A stretch of 64,000 nucleotides of DNA, taken from the NCBI RefSeq assembly GCF_009914755.1, contig NC_060926.1; one strand, written 5' to 3'. The position numbers and the translations under genes were made by a program. The notes beneath the pieces are model-generated. The model made no database searches, was not told the origin of the DNA, and saw only the letters and a list, made by a program, of their open reading frames with translations. Positions within the stretch are counted from its first letter, which is position 1; every line of letters starts with the position of its first letter. Shown here in pieces: positions 38,520-52,022 of this stretch. The stretch is from the human T2T-CHM13v2.0 reference genome, Homo sapiens.

Positions 38520-38680
38520 ATTTTCCATGCATTATCTCTCGTTTAAAATATTGCTTTCAGTATTTTATTTAAAGAAAATAAGTTTCAAAGAATTTGTGTA
38601 ACAGCCCAGGTGACATAGCTGGTGTACGGCTGAGCTAGAGTTTAAACCATGTTTATCAGGCTTCAGTGCAGTTTTCTCCC
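38520..38680 (-). mobile_element. MIR fragment
   Basis: catgcattatctctcgtttaa...gcccaggtgacatagctggtgtacggctgagctagagtttaaacca. Confidence 0.55.
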
Positions 38681-39869
38681 CATGTTACCCAGACAGAACC
38701 AGCAAACCATAAAAAGTTTTATAAGCACCTGATCTCAGATAAAAATTGAGCGCCAAGTTAAAGACGAACCCACAGGTGCCCACAGTATTTTTATTGTCAC
38801 CATCAGTAGTGTTCTCAATTCCTGAGAAATAATAATTTTGGGGATCTGGAAACAAGAAATTGAAATTCATAGCATTTCTTAGAAATTCCTTCAACCATAA
38901 ATTATTATGTACCTTTAATAATATTTTGTTTTAAGATAACAATGAGTGACCATAATCATAAATTGTGTATCATTTTTCTGTAACAGACTTATACATACAA
39001 AAGTGTCAGAGGCTTTTCTATAAAAAAGATATACAGTTTTTATTATTAAAACATATTGTGAAAAGAAAACATATATATTTTTATAACATCAAAATATGCT
39101 TACCTGACATACATATTTGGTAACAGACAACTGTCATAGTAGCGAATGTTAACACAAAATAAATGTCCATAAAATTATTTTTTAAATTGTAATATAACAC
39201 CACAGCTATTTAATATTTAAATGCTATTATTCTTAAAATGAAATTTTGAAGCAGATAAACTAACTGCTCTCTCTGAAAGTCTTGACCTTTGTTTTGTGAC
39301 GAATATTCTATTTGCAATTTTCTTTTCATTTTTGCATTGACATTAGTTGAATAATTAAGAGTAAATCCGAAATGGTCTTCATGTTAGGCATTAAGGTGTA
39401 TATACTGATCCATATAAGCTAATTTTCTCTTTGAACATAATAGTTTCTAGGTTTATCCAGAGTTTGGTTTTGCTACTGAAATTGACATTGCTTTTGTTAA
39501 TTGAAGTTTTTAATCATTTTCAGATTTCATTTCAAAGTAGTTCACAACATTCAACATTTACATCTTTTTTTTTTTTTGCATTTTAAGTATTTGTACACAA
39601 CTGTACCCTACAGCAAATATTCAAACACTGGAAAATATCTGTGAATGTTATTGGATAACATTAAAATAATGTAAAATTTGAATTGCTCAGCAACACTAAT
39701 ACTACACAGAATCAAGTGTAGAAATTGTTAATTCAAGGATACATTTTGCCTCCAAAACTTGTTTCTTGGGACACTATAGGACTTACATAAAGTATATTAT
39801 GTGTAAAAACATATAAACATATTTTGTATTTACAAGTATGATTACTCACTGTTAGTAGCAGAATAAATA

Positions 39870-40205
39870 AATTGTGATTTAGGTAAACAATAGAATACTA
39901 TACCACAATGGCAATGACAATGACAATTTAGAAACATAATATTCAAGTCTCCTGACACAGAAGCCTACAAACTGTGATGATTCCATTTTTACAAAATACA
40001 GAATCAGGCAAACTAATCTACTTAGTTAAAGTCAGAATGTTGATTACTTTCAGGGGTGCAGTGTGTAACAGCCAGGAAGGGAGCACCAGGATGGCATGCT
40101 TCTGGGAGCTAGAAATATTCTGCTTTTTGCTAAACACATGTGTGCACTGAGTTTGTGAAAATTCATTTATCTGTATTCTTAGTATGCTTCGATAAAAAGT
40201 TAAGA
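39870..40205 (+). mobile_element. L1ME-type 3' fragment
   Basis: tagaatactataccaca...tgattccatttttacaaaat..agaatcaggcaaacta...aagtcagaat...gagtttgtgaaaattcatt. Confidence 0.65.
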
Positions 40206-40804
40206 AGGTAAATATAAAGCACAAAAAAATGTTACTTCAAAACTTTTGACGAAAGCAGCTTACCTTTTGAACTAGTTTCTGCAGCAGACAAGAAATTAGA
40301 AGTCAAAAAGATTTTTTAAAAATTTACAGGAAAAACACTAAGAAAAATCACTGAGACTCCTATCTTATCATTAGATATAAATGGACATATTGTTTGGTAA
40401 ATGTTATTTTCTCAACAATGTATCAATCAAAGCTGTATTAATTGTATTCTACTTATCTTGTCAATTTAGTTTTTTAGCAATTCAAATTTTCTTATGCCTA
40501 CACATATTAACAGTACCTAAATGAATACTTAAAATGAACTTGAGAAATGAGCTTTCAAATAATGCATTTCTGTGATTCAAAATGTTTGTTTGTGAGCAAA
40601 GCAACTCCAACTTCTACTAAAAAATAAATTATTTAGTTTTGAAGATCTATATGAAGAGTGGAAATTAGACTAAATATCTTACTAGAGATCATGTATTCAT
40701 GTTTTGCGGCCCCAGTATCCAGCATTGTAGCTTCGTAGGAGATAAATATGAACCATGTTTTCCGAGAGCACATTATCTTTCCATGAAAGTGTAGTAATAT
40801 CTAC

Positions 40805-40851
40805 ACTTGAAACTCTATGGAAACTTGAAACTCTATGATAGTTTGAAACTC
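40805..40851. repeat. 18-bp period tandem repeat (ACTTGAAACTCTATG x2 plus partial)
   Basis: Copies at 40805-40819 and 40823-40837, partial TTGAAACTC at 40843-40851. Confidence 0.85.
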
Positions 40852-40929
40852 ACTGCTCACAGGTACATACAACTCTGCTTTAAACTAAGTTGCAGTAACA
40901 TAGAAACCCATAGGTTTTAACAGTATTGT

Positions 40930-41105
40930 TTAATGGAGTTTACCAGCTGAGAACATACTGTTTTTTAAAAAAAAAATAAAATACAAACTTTTTTTTCTAT
41001 AAACGCAAAAGTAGCAATTGAAGGGGGAGGGAGCGAAAATTCTGTCCTATGTTCAGTGTCTGGAAGCAAAACATATGCTCAAATTTTTGTTCTTTGCAAA
41101 TAACT
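40930..41105 (+). repeat. Dispersed direct duplication, copy 2 (176 bp)
   Basis: Aligns with 38009-38182. TTGT present at both junctions. Confidence 0.97.
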
Positions 41106-41961
41106 TGTGGAAGAAAAAGAAAGATTGTGAAAATAATGCAGAATATCTTACAAATGAAGTTATTTTCAAATAAGAGACTTAAGAATATAAAATGAGACTT
41201 TCGTTTCAGTATCTAATATTACTAAGCAAAGTGAAATTGCCATAAAGCCACATTCTGTAACTATAGCAACCTTGCAAGGTAACACAAAAGGGCTCATCTT
41301 TATGCAACAGTTTTAGAATATCTATGATCCTGAATGTGACAGTATGTACTATCTTTTTTGGTCTGCTGTGACATCCTAATACATAGATATTATGAACTAT
41401 ATCCAATGGTTCATTCTTTATCAGTCAAGAAAGCTATATCTTAGAAACATGTTTAAAATTAAAATGAAATACGTTTAAATTTAAAATAAAACAGGTTTAA
41501 ACAGTTAAACTTGCTAACCATAAACTACCAAAAAAAAAAACCCACAAGTGATATCACTGTTGCTATTTTAAACATAAATAAAAATATCATACTTATTTGT
41601 ATGTTTATTTCCAACTACTATTTTATACCTGAATAAGAAAATCTCATCAAAGTGCTATGATATCCCCATAATGACAACTTCCAAAATGAAATTTTCTTGG
41701 TCTCAAAGCACACAAAACTCTGACACAACTGAATGAAAATGTAAAAATGAAGTTGTCCCAGGAGATATGAAGTCATACATATTTACTGAAGCCAGCAGAG
41801 AGCATCATTAAAAATTCCCATGGTAGACTCAATGTGAAAGATAATTTATTCCACTTAAATATGCCTGATGATGATATTAGAAAATAATCTAAATTAAGAA
41901 CTCTTGGATAAGTTGATAGGTGTCTTTTTGCTCAGAATGTCTAAATCGTAAATATTTCTAT

Positions 41962-41963
<2 letters not shown>

Positions 41964-41995
<32 letters not shown>
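41964..41995. repeat. (AC)16 microsatellite
   Basis: Perfect run. Confidence 0.97.
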
Positions 41996-41998
<3 letters not shown>

Positions 41999-44649
41999 TA
42001 TACCATTTAATGTAGTCCAAAGAGATTTGAGTTAGAAGTACATTTTAGTTAATTGTCTCTCCTCAAATAACTCTCTGTGGGGGAGAATAAAATACAAAAT
42101 AAAATATCTAAGGGAATTCACCCCACAGACTAAGTATAAAGAACTCTGTAATTTGGTTTGAATGAGCTTTTGGTTTTTTGGTTTAACTAATACAGAGATT
42201 TTTATTTGATCATTGTATAGACTAGTGAATCCATTTTTGTGCTCCTTTTTAAGTAGTCTACTGGGGAGTATAACAAACATACACTGATGACTTAATGTGA
42301 AACCAAACACAAAGGTGTTTACCCAAACACTTTTCTAACTGGCTAGATAACATGTACTAAAAATAAAGGCCCATAGAAATGAGGAGAATGAAAGGAAAAG
42401 AGGTGGTAGAAAAATAAAGATAGAAATTTACTTAATATTTTTCAACATATATTGTCAAATTTTTATCTAGATTGTTCTTTCTGGAATGCAATAAAATGAT
42501 GGTTTGAACAAAGCAGTGGAAAAACACGTGATCCCAATTTTGGCTTGTTTGTTTTATATAATATTGTGGTTTCTATTCAAATTAATATTTCTAATTTTAA
42601 AAAAGGAAATTTGCATTAGGACACACAAAATTACTATGCAAGGAATAAATTAGACAATCTCATAAGATTTGAGATGTAGAAGATTACAAACAAAAAATAA
42701 TTATAAGCATGACTTTGAAGGCCAAAGGGAAGTTATTTGCTGCTTACAAACAAATTCTATTATTAAAGTCTGTATTCTATCAATAGTCATTTGTGTGACT
42801 GGGTGGGAGTGTTTGTGTGAAACAGACAATATGTCCATCTGAGAAACAGTAAGCTGACTGAACAGTCATGAGATTATTTGCTCATATACTGCCTGGCAAA
42901 TTTTAACTGTCCTTTAAGGATACAGTTTTTAATTTTGTTCTTTTTGTGTCTAATAATAGCTATATTATACTTTGGAGAGCCCAAAGTCTAGAATATTCAA
43001 AGAAATAAATTAGGGTTATTATCTCAATCATTAATTCATAAACGTGTTTCTCATATAAGCACATCACTGGCCTTATTCTTCTTTAAGAAAAAGAACTAGT
43101 CAGTTAAATTTCAAATAATTTTTAGAATATATTAAATTTGGATGAGAACTACAATAGAAAATAGGGGTATTTAATGTATAGTTGTTAGTCTTATTCATCA
43201 CTTTTAAGAATATATTTTTCTTGAAAAAGCAATAAAATTATCTCAGAATGCAAGTTACTAGTTTTATTTTATTCACTTTATGTTTTCAGTATCCAAAATG
43301 GATTTGACCAACTACAATTACGTTAGACTGTTCTCCATTTCTAAATAAAGTTCTGATGTTGAAAAAGAAAATTTTGCATCTCTCTTCTACTTGATCCATT
43401 AGAGGAGTTCGGTCTACTTTTCTTTCTTGGATTGCCAAACTCTACATAAAAACTAAGCAGCTAAATATTTGCAAAAGGAATATCAGTTTCAGATACGTAC
43501 TAGGCTATTTAATACTGTTTCATTGAGAAAGCTGGCCATATTTGTAAACAGTTAGAATAGCAAAGATCTTCAGAAGTATTTTCCTGCTCTAAAAAGATGA
43601 AAAACTCCTGGTACATTTCTCAGAGTGGGAAAGAAGTTGGAAACGCAAGAAGCTTTGAGAAAATGGCTCCAATCATTTTAATGGCTCACTAAAGTCTTTA
43701 GTGTTTAACATCTGTGAGTTTATCTAGTCTTTCGTTTACTCTTTTAATGTCTATGAGTCAAAATGATGAGGCTGAATTGTGTTAAGTGATATCACATCCT
43801 TGAGCTTGCCATTTGGAATACATTTTTCATAATAGCTAATAACTATCATTTATTTAATTTTTCTATCGTGTTTCATTCATTAAATTCATGTTCATGGTCA
43901 GGGAAAAGATGAAACTTAGTCACCAATATGAGGGTGTTCAGCAACAGATTCAAGGTGCTCTTTAGTAATCATGCTTTTTACTTTAACCTCAAATTGTTTT
44001 ACTGAATTCCAAAGTTGTTGACACCAAGACTCATACCAAATTGTAAAATAGTTATTTTTTTATCTTTCCTTTCTGGAAAATAAAACAATAAGGTACCTTT
44101 TAAGTAAAAAAAAAAAAAAAGTAGAAGAGGCTGGATAATGTATAATCAGTGGTATTTTCATTTACATGGTCTGTTTTCTATTGGTCACCATTTCTACACT
44201 GAGAAACAATGATATCTGTCTTAATCTTTCAAGATCAGTACAGTGTCACAGCTGACTGGAAGAAATGACAGACAATTCTTAAAAACTGGGAGAATGAAGT
44301 ATAGAGCTTCAAGAAAAATGATATCAATACTAACCCCAAACATTAAAACAACAAACCAACCAAAAACACAACGCAAAAACCTTTGGAAATTATAAAAGAG
44401 AAAGAAGGGATTGGTCAAGATCAAACAATTATACAAATTGGAGGGAAAGAAAGTCCATGAGATTTAATTGGAGGCAGGTGAAATTCAGAATTTCTTCCAA
44501 CTGATTTCATGTTTGCAAGGGTCTTATGCCACAGCCAGTACTAAAGAGAAAGAACAGCTCAGGGCTAAGGTGGAACTGAAAGCAGTGAAAGTAGGAGGGA
44601 GGACCATAAAATTAGCCAAGTAACCTGGAGAGTTAAAACAGTCTAGAGA

Positions 44650-44740
44650 TTTTTTCTTCCTTCTTTCCTTTCTTGCTCCCTCTGTTATCTTTTCCTCCCT
44701 CTCTCTCTCACTCTCTGCCTTACTGTCTTCATTCCTCTCT
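44650..44740 (+). repeat. Polypyrimidine low-complexity tract ending at a CTGCAG acceptor-like site
   Basis: ~90 nt C/T-rich tract. Confidence 0.7.
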
Positions 44741-47700
44741 GCAGAAAATCATGAACTGCAATAACTGTAATCCACCATTAGCTTCAGAAAAAAGTATAAT
44801 GTTGCTTGAATTTTATGCCAAAATATGTTTTGACAATGATAATTTCTAATTGCCCTGACAATGTATTCTCAATAATCATACAAAATCAGAACAATAATGC
44901 AGGTACTCAATTTGAATTCTGTGGCTTAACTCTTGTTTGATTTTCATATGATAATTAGCACAAATCATTACCTACATTCTATCTCTGATTAAGAAATGGC
45001 TTCCTTTAACCTGATGGATTTGATAACTACCTGTTCAAAGATTTTGCTTTCCTCTTTATTATTTTCTTATGATTGTCACAGCATGAAAAATATCCTTGTT
45101 GTTTGGAAATATCAGATTATAATATGTTTAATTGGTATTCTACTTTACAGATCAAACTATCATAGCCTAAAAAGTAAAATCTAACCTTAACACAGACAGC
45201 ATATTTTCATCATGTTTAATCACAACTTGATCATTTCTCAGTCTTTCAGCAAAAAAGATTCGGTTTTGAAACATGGAGATTGGCAAAGAATTTTAGCTTT
45301 GTAAACTATGAGTCTTCTTAACTGCTCTTCATGTATTTAAAATCCCACCAATACTTGAAATTGGCTTATATCAAATGTGCCCTCTTTCTTTCTGACTTTC
45401 CATCAGACGGGAAGTGTTCTCTGAGCTCTTCAAAATACTTTGCTCCTGAGTTATTTGTGTACTCTTGCATATTAATATGTTGAGTTGCTTAAAGATAGTA
45501 ACCATGTTTTGGTTTCTTTGATGTCTCCCACTCTACTTGTCAATGATTTGTACACAGAGCAAATGCTCAATAAACACTCCGTAAGTTCATGCAAGTAAAA
45601 GTAATTTGTTTCCCATCTAAACAAAGGAAAAACCATGTCTGATGGCAGCTTTCTTTCCGATTCTATCTGTTTAACCTCAAATTCAAAATAAGAAGAGGTT
45701 GTGGTATAACGTGTACATTATTTTCAGAAAAAACATATTTTTACATTCAAATATAACTTGTAATTAAGTCCAAGGTTATTTATGTAGTAGAGCTAAAATC
45801 CTTCTTATTGGTAATAGCTTTTCATTTAAATATAGAATAAGACTTTGGTTACATGATTAATTTATGTTGGAATATCACACTTTTAGTAAACTTTAGAAAA
45901 TGTAAATACTAATAAAATGTTATAAAACAAATTTTATAAAGCATTCATAAACATAACTGCATACAATATATAACCACTTTTATTAAAATATAGCATTTAG
46001 ACTATCATACCAGGTTATTCCTTCTAAAACATTTAAGTATTTCCTTTCAGTTACTTTTCAGTAACTAATAAAAATGCTTATTTTTCCTAAACATATCTTT
46101 AAAATAAATCTAATTTATCAGTATTTAAAATATTTTTAATAATGCTGCATGTTAATAACTTCCTACTTTCTATGTGCTCATTCTGTAACATGAGCTTCAG
46201 GTTTTCCTTTAATATAGAGGCTTAGTTTTAACTCAAACACACAAATATGCACTGGGCAGAGTTCTCAACTTGTATAATGCTTCTTTGTATTTAATATCAT
46301 GCATCACCTACTTCCAAAATTCCTTTTGCTATCTGTTATGTTTAGCAAAACAAATGTGTCATCCAGCAGTGTCATTAATTAGAATTCCTTGTAAAAGGTG
46401 GTGAAGTGAGTGAAACTCTAACCTTAAAATATATTTTGGATCACTCTGCTTCACAAAACTTAGAGAAGACATTAACACTGCCCTTTAAAAATCAACCACT
46501 CAGTAAATGTACCATATACATTTTATCTATATCACATAATGAAAGAGTAAAACATAATTAAAAGACTGAAACTGACTTATTTTATTTAATGGAGGACATT
46601 TAAGGAGTGAAAATTTATTTCAAAGTTTTACTTAGATTTTTTTTAATGTGAATCGTTAGTTTTGTCAGACCATAATTGTCCTTAGCTACTCTTTAATGGT
46701 ATTTAACACTCACCCATATTTCAAAGTTCAGATCAAATATATCTGATATTTGTCAGACTACGTTAAGTATGAATGTGATTATTGCAGGAGAACTTTTTAT
46801 TCTTCTTAAAATAGTATCTTCAGGGAAAATTTTATTTCCATTTATATTGAACAATTAAAACAAAAAACATGAACAGAAACCTACACTGAAAAATTCATTT
46901 AATTATCACCTTACCAGCTCATAATTACTTCATTCTGAACTGAGATAACGACTGTAGTGAAACAACTGTATTTGTTTTATTGTATTATGCACAAAACACA
47001 AACTTCTAATGATTAGGTTTATTTTCAGTAATATCATTATTCTTAAATTTTACTTCAACGTAAAGAATAAAATAAGTAGATATTTAATGCCTTAACCAAA
47101 TAATGCAAAACTTAACATATTTTAATCCCTATTTAGTGAAAACAAAGCACATGTTTATACATGGTCAATATTTTACTACTTAGGGGCTTAGATTTTTACT
47201 TCTGGCCAAAGGATACTCCACAGCCTCCTCGAAGTCAAAATTTCAGCCAGGCAAACAGTCTGTCAGTAACTATTGATTGTTTAGAGAAAATACTAGTGAT
47301 TTATTGAAAGATCTATGCTTCTGTCTTTCAATAGTAAATGAAGAAGTAGGCCAAGTGAACCATGATATGATGACATGGAGAAAAGAATATCTCCAAAATT
47401 GCTGCTGCAGATGCAGAAGAAATAGAAAAGTGGCAAGTTGAAATCAATACTCATTTTAGACTTAGTGATGGAATGCTTCATAGTTACCAGACTGACCATA
47501 AAGCACAGGACTCCAGGTCAGCTGCAAAGGCCATAACCTTCTTTCCTTTTTCACTTTATAGTAGACATAAATGGAATTGTTCTGTTTATACTTAAATATA
47601 CACGAGTATTTTATTATACAATCTGATATAAGACCATGTGAAAGTCTCATTGACCTTGCTGAGGATTATGCTGTTTGAAAGATTCTCAACTGCTCAAGAG

Positions 47701-47994
47701 GTAGACTTCTATAAAAATTAATCATTACTTGAAAAATGACTGATTAAAACAGATTACTGCTTTAATAAAATCACATGCCAAGGCTAGAGAAACATCCTTT
47801 CTTGTTAACATATCTTGATATACAAAGTATACTACCAGAAAAAACTTACTTTTCCTCAGATGATGATACAGTTTCTCTTGGAATGGGAATGTACCATAAG
47901 CCTGGATCAGGGTAAACTCTTGTTTTTATACAGACACAATTATATTTTTGAAACATGAGTAGCGGGCAAAGACTTCTCAACATATTCACTTGTT

Positions 47995-48390
47995 TCTTCA
48001 TTCATCACCCATCCATTCATTAATTCACTGAATTGATATTTTCTGAGTGCCTACTACATATGCCATGCACTGTTGTAGGTTCTGGGGGTACAGCCACATA
48101 GAAAACAGACAAAAATCCCTGTACTTAAGGTATCCAATATTATCAGGATACACAAACTTACAGCTGTATAATATATTGCCACATATGAACAACTATTATT
48201 TTAGGGAAAGAAAGGAAAGAGGATAGTTCTGAAGCCTTTATTTCAGATCAGATGGAGACAGACTTCTTTGAGAAGGTGACATTTGAACAGGGATTACAAT
48301 AAAGCAGGGAAACTTGTATTGCCAATACCTGAGGGAAGAATATGCAGGAAAAAACAATAGGTGAAAATGTCCTGACAGAGAACATGGCAT
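47995..48390 (-). mobile_element. L2 fragment
   Basis: ttcattcatcacccatccattcatt...ctgagtgcctacta..tgccatgcactgttgtaggttctgggggtacagc...gagaaggtgacatttgaacag. Confidence 0.75.
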
Positions 48391-49002
48391 TTATTAAGTC
48401 TGCTTCATTAAATGAAGTTTTGAGAATGGAAATAAAATACTGAGAATAATTGTAGATGGAAGTTGTGATGCTTCCTTTATCAAACAGTTATTACTCAGCT
48501 ATTGGGAATTGAGAGATCAATATCTCCTAAGGCTGGGTTATGATTAGGTTCTTTATATTATGTAGCACAATTCATTAAGCCCTCCCAGTATAATATGTTT
48601 TTCCATTCAAAAAATAATATACACTGGTGTAGTATTTAATTGGTCATCTTACAGAGGCAGTAATACTCAGACTTAGAGAAAGAGCCACCAAATAGTCTGA
48701 AATTCACATACAGCTCTAGCTTGATAGTTGCAATTGTCCAATCCTTTGAAACTACCTTGACATGGAATTCTTAAACCATTGATAAAAACCTGCAAACATT
48801 TAAAGTTCTATTGAGTCTGAGATACCTTGGCCAATAATATAAACATTCTTTACTTTAAACATACATGGCATATTGTGTACATACATATATTTATTCATAA
48901 CATATGTATGTAAACACATATTATATATTGGAGCAGCCATTAACATGTGCCAGTTGCCATATGTCACTCAATGTTTATTTCAACAACTTACTGTTCATCT
49001 TT

Positions 49003-49360
49003 AAGGAGTGCAGTTAATTGACAACTCCCAACAAATAATACTTGCAAGATCTGCTGAGGCCATGCTCTCTGGGTTTGCCCCTAGCCAATGACTAACCATG
49101 GCGTGGTCAAGGGAGGGCAGGAAGATTGGGACCTGGCCATTTTCACCCAAACAAGAACTCCTCTGATGGGCAGTCTTCACTCCAGAGCTTTCCAGAGAGG
49201 TGGCTGAGAGCCTATCAGATCTGTACTGTGGCTTGAGGCCTGTCACCCCTTTCTATCTGGATTCTTTCCTCTTTTATCACTCATAATTGCTACCTCCCAA
49301 CAACTTTTTGTACCCTAAGTGCATCTGAGCATTTGTCCCCTGGAGCACCCAGCTGTCACA
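49003..49360 (+). mobile_element. ERVL LTR, LTR16-like (3' part)
   Basis: gcccctagccaatgactaa...cctggccattttcacccaa..aagaactcctctgatgggcagtcttcactccagagct...catctgagcatttgtcccctggagcacccagctgtcaCA. Confidence 0.65.
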
Positions 49361-49954
49361 TGTGTTTATAGATGTACATGCAAATATCTATTATTTTAGG
49401 GTAGGTAATACATTATTAAAACTCTTTTCACTTACTTATAGTATATGACTAATGCCACAAAAGGACAGACAATTATTTTGTAGTTAAATATATCCTACTT
49501 AAATGTTAAAGGGGGCTTTCATATAATGAAACATTTGACATTTGTGAATAATTTTTAATGAGAACGTCAATATATAAGGCAGCCTCAATAAAGCATTTTC
49601 CTGTAGGGTTTAATATAGGATTTGGTTTGGTTGTCATATCTAAATTGTTTATTAAAGGACCAAAAGATTCTTCTTAGAAGCTATTCTGATATTTGAGATG
49701 TCCCCATGTCATATAACTCAAGTGTCGGTGCAGGACAAATCTTTACTATGTAATATTTATTTTTATTGAATCCAGAAGTTCTCTGATTATGCAGGGATGT
49801 ATTATAATTATAGTAATGTACAGTCAGCATATACATTCACAATTATAATGTGATTTTTGATAAACAAAAGTATTTTCGTTTATTAGTAAGACTTTCTATT
49901 TCTGGTACTATAGTTATCCTTCAGGATTTTTTCAACAATTTATTAAAAACTTGA

Positions 49955-50197
49955 CTCATTGTTCAATTTCCACCTATGAGTGAGAATATGCGGTGTTTGG
50001 TTTTTTGTTCTTGTGATAGTTTACTGAGAATGATGATTTCCAATTTCATCCATGTCCCTACAAAGGACATGAACTCAACATTTTTCATGGCTGCATAGTA
50101 TTCCATGGTGTATATGTGCCACATTTTCTTAATCCAGTCTATCACTGTTGGACATTTGGGTTGGTTCCAAGTCTTTGCTATTGTGAATAATGCCACA
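49955..50197 (-). mobile_element. L1PA2-type insertion, inverted 5' segment (ORF2p C-terminus)
   Basis: Minus-strand ORF 49963-50196 translates to ALFTIAKTWNQPKCPT...WHIYTMEYYAA...KHRIFSLIGGN*, the LINE-1 ORF2p C-terminus. Confidence 0.95.
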
Positions 50198-50387
50198 CAG
50201 GAAGGGGAACATCACACTCTGGGGACTGTTGTGGGTTGGGGGGAGGGGGAAGGGATAGCATTGGGAGATATACCTAATGCTAGATGACGAGTTAGTGGGT
50301 GCAGCGCACCAGCATGGCACATGTATACATATGTAACTAACCTGCACATTGTGCACATGTACCCTAAAACTTAAAGTATAATAATAA

Positions 50388-50418
<31 letters not shown>

Positions 50419-50483
50419 AATAACAGGAAAAGCAAAATAAATGTGACATGTCTAAAACAGTAAAATAAAACCAAAAAAAAAAA
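50195..50483 (+). mobile_element. L1PA2-type insertion, sense 3'UTR, (TAAA)n tail and probable 3' transduction
   Basis: aatgctagatgacGAGttagtgggtgcagcg (PA2-type, not ACA/ACG), ccctaaaacttaaagtataataa end. TSD aaaaacttgactcatt (49945-49960) / aaaaacctgactcatt (50479-50494), TT|AAAA endonuclease site. Confidence 0.95.
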
Positions 50484-51693
50484 CCTGACTCATTCTCAGA
50501 ATAAAATTAATACAACTGAGGAAACTGTCAATTAATTGTTCTTCACTTTCAGCAAAAATGATTAAAGTCAACTGCACGAACAATTCAAGATTTGTCCTGA
50601 TTATTCATTTGAAACTTCCTATTTTCCCCATGTTTTTCCATAAACGCAGAACACTTAATTAATATATTCTATACACAAAGAAATAGTTGAAATTATATGG
50701 GCAGCACTTTATTGTATAAATTTTCTTTATAGTGTCTAAGATCTACTGAACATGAAAAACATTTAACACCTCAGTCCATGAGATTAACATAAAAATTAGT
50801 GCTAATATAATGGTGAGCCATGTGGTTATATAATTTATATGTAAATTATCTCAAACTAAAAAATAAAATCAACAAAAAGTATATGTTATATTACTGAATC
50901 CAGTGGCAGAGGATATCATTTGAGGAATGCTGTTTCTACATTTTTAAATTAATTAGAAGAAAATTTAGCAATGGGAGTTTTGTTTAAAAATATAAATTAT
51001 ACCACGATGTAATCTAACATTTGTTTGACTAGGCAACAAAAATTTCCTGGCCTTCTCCCAAGATTATGTTATTCCTAGAAATATAAAATAATATTACTCC
51101 TTCATGTTATTCCATATCTCATGCTTACATCAAATGCAATTACTACTGCTTTTCAAGAAACAACCATGACAAGCCAATAAATAAAGTATTTTGACTTTGA
51201 GTTGGGTTCCCACTACAAATGAATTGCCACAAGAATAAATGACAAATTATTCATTTGCTATTCCCTCCCCCAAGTTTAACAGAAGCCTTAGAACCTTCAG
51301 TACATCTCAAACGCTGTAAGAGTAATTTATGATCCTGAAAGAGAACATACCCTATTGGGGCCTAAATGACCACAAACAATGAGCCATTTTATGAGTGTTA
51401 AGTAAGGAATCCAATAAAAAGGTGATTTAAAAAGCAGACATGACATCTTTGAATTAATCTTTGCTCTAACTGACAAGTAAATGCCTCTACATATTGGATA
51501 TTTTTCCCCTTACAGCAAAAAAGGCAGTAACTAGTCATTTCATTATAGATAAGTTGCTTTACCACTTGAGCCTGTTTTCTCTTCCGTAACATAAAGAGGC
51601 TGTATCAGAGGTGGTCTAGTTAACTATATTCAGGGGTCAGGCACTGAAATGAGTGGGTCACTATAAATTAAGACAAAATACTGCTTTGAGCTA

Positions 51694-52022
51694 TTTTGTT
51701 TTTTTTGGTTGTTTTTTTTGTTTGTTTGTCTTTTTTTTTTGAGATGGAACTTTGCTTTTGTTGTCCAGGCTGGAGTGAAATGGCACAATCTTGGCTGACT
51801 GCAACCTTTGCCTCCCAGGTCCAAGTAATGGTCCTGCCTCAGCCTCCCAAGTAGCTGGGATTACAGGAGTGCGCCACCACGCCTGGCTAATTTTGTATTT
51901 TTAGTAAAGATGGGGTTTCACCATGTCAGCCAGGCTTGTCCCAAACTCCTGATCTCAAGTAATCCACCCTCATCAGCCTCCCAAAGTGCTGGGATTACAG
52001 GCATGAGACACCGTGCCTGGCC
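51694..52022 (-). mobile_element. AluS (Sq-like) with patterned tail
   Basis: Full dimer in reverse with a T/G-patterned tail. Confidence 0.93.

Noticed and set aside
38009-41105. The 175-bp direct repeats as LTRs of a novel 3-kb retroelement
   Set aside because: No TG...CA termini, PBS, PPT or outer TSD. The interior contains much older MIR and L1ME fossils and no ORF.
49963-50196. L1 ORF2p C-terminal ORF as a functional CDS
   Set aside because: Only the last 77 codons of an inverted, truncated insertion, with no promoter or native start.
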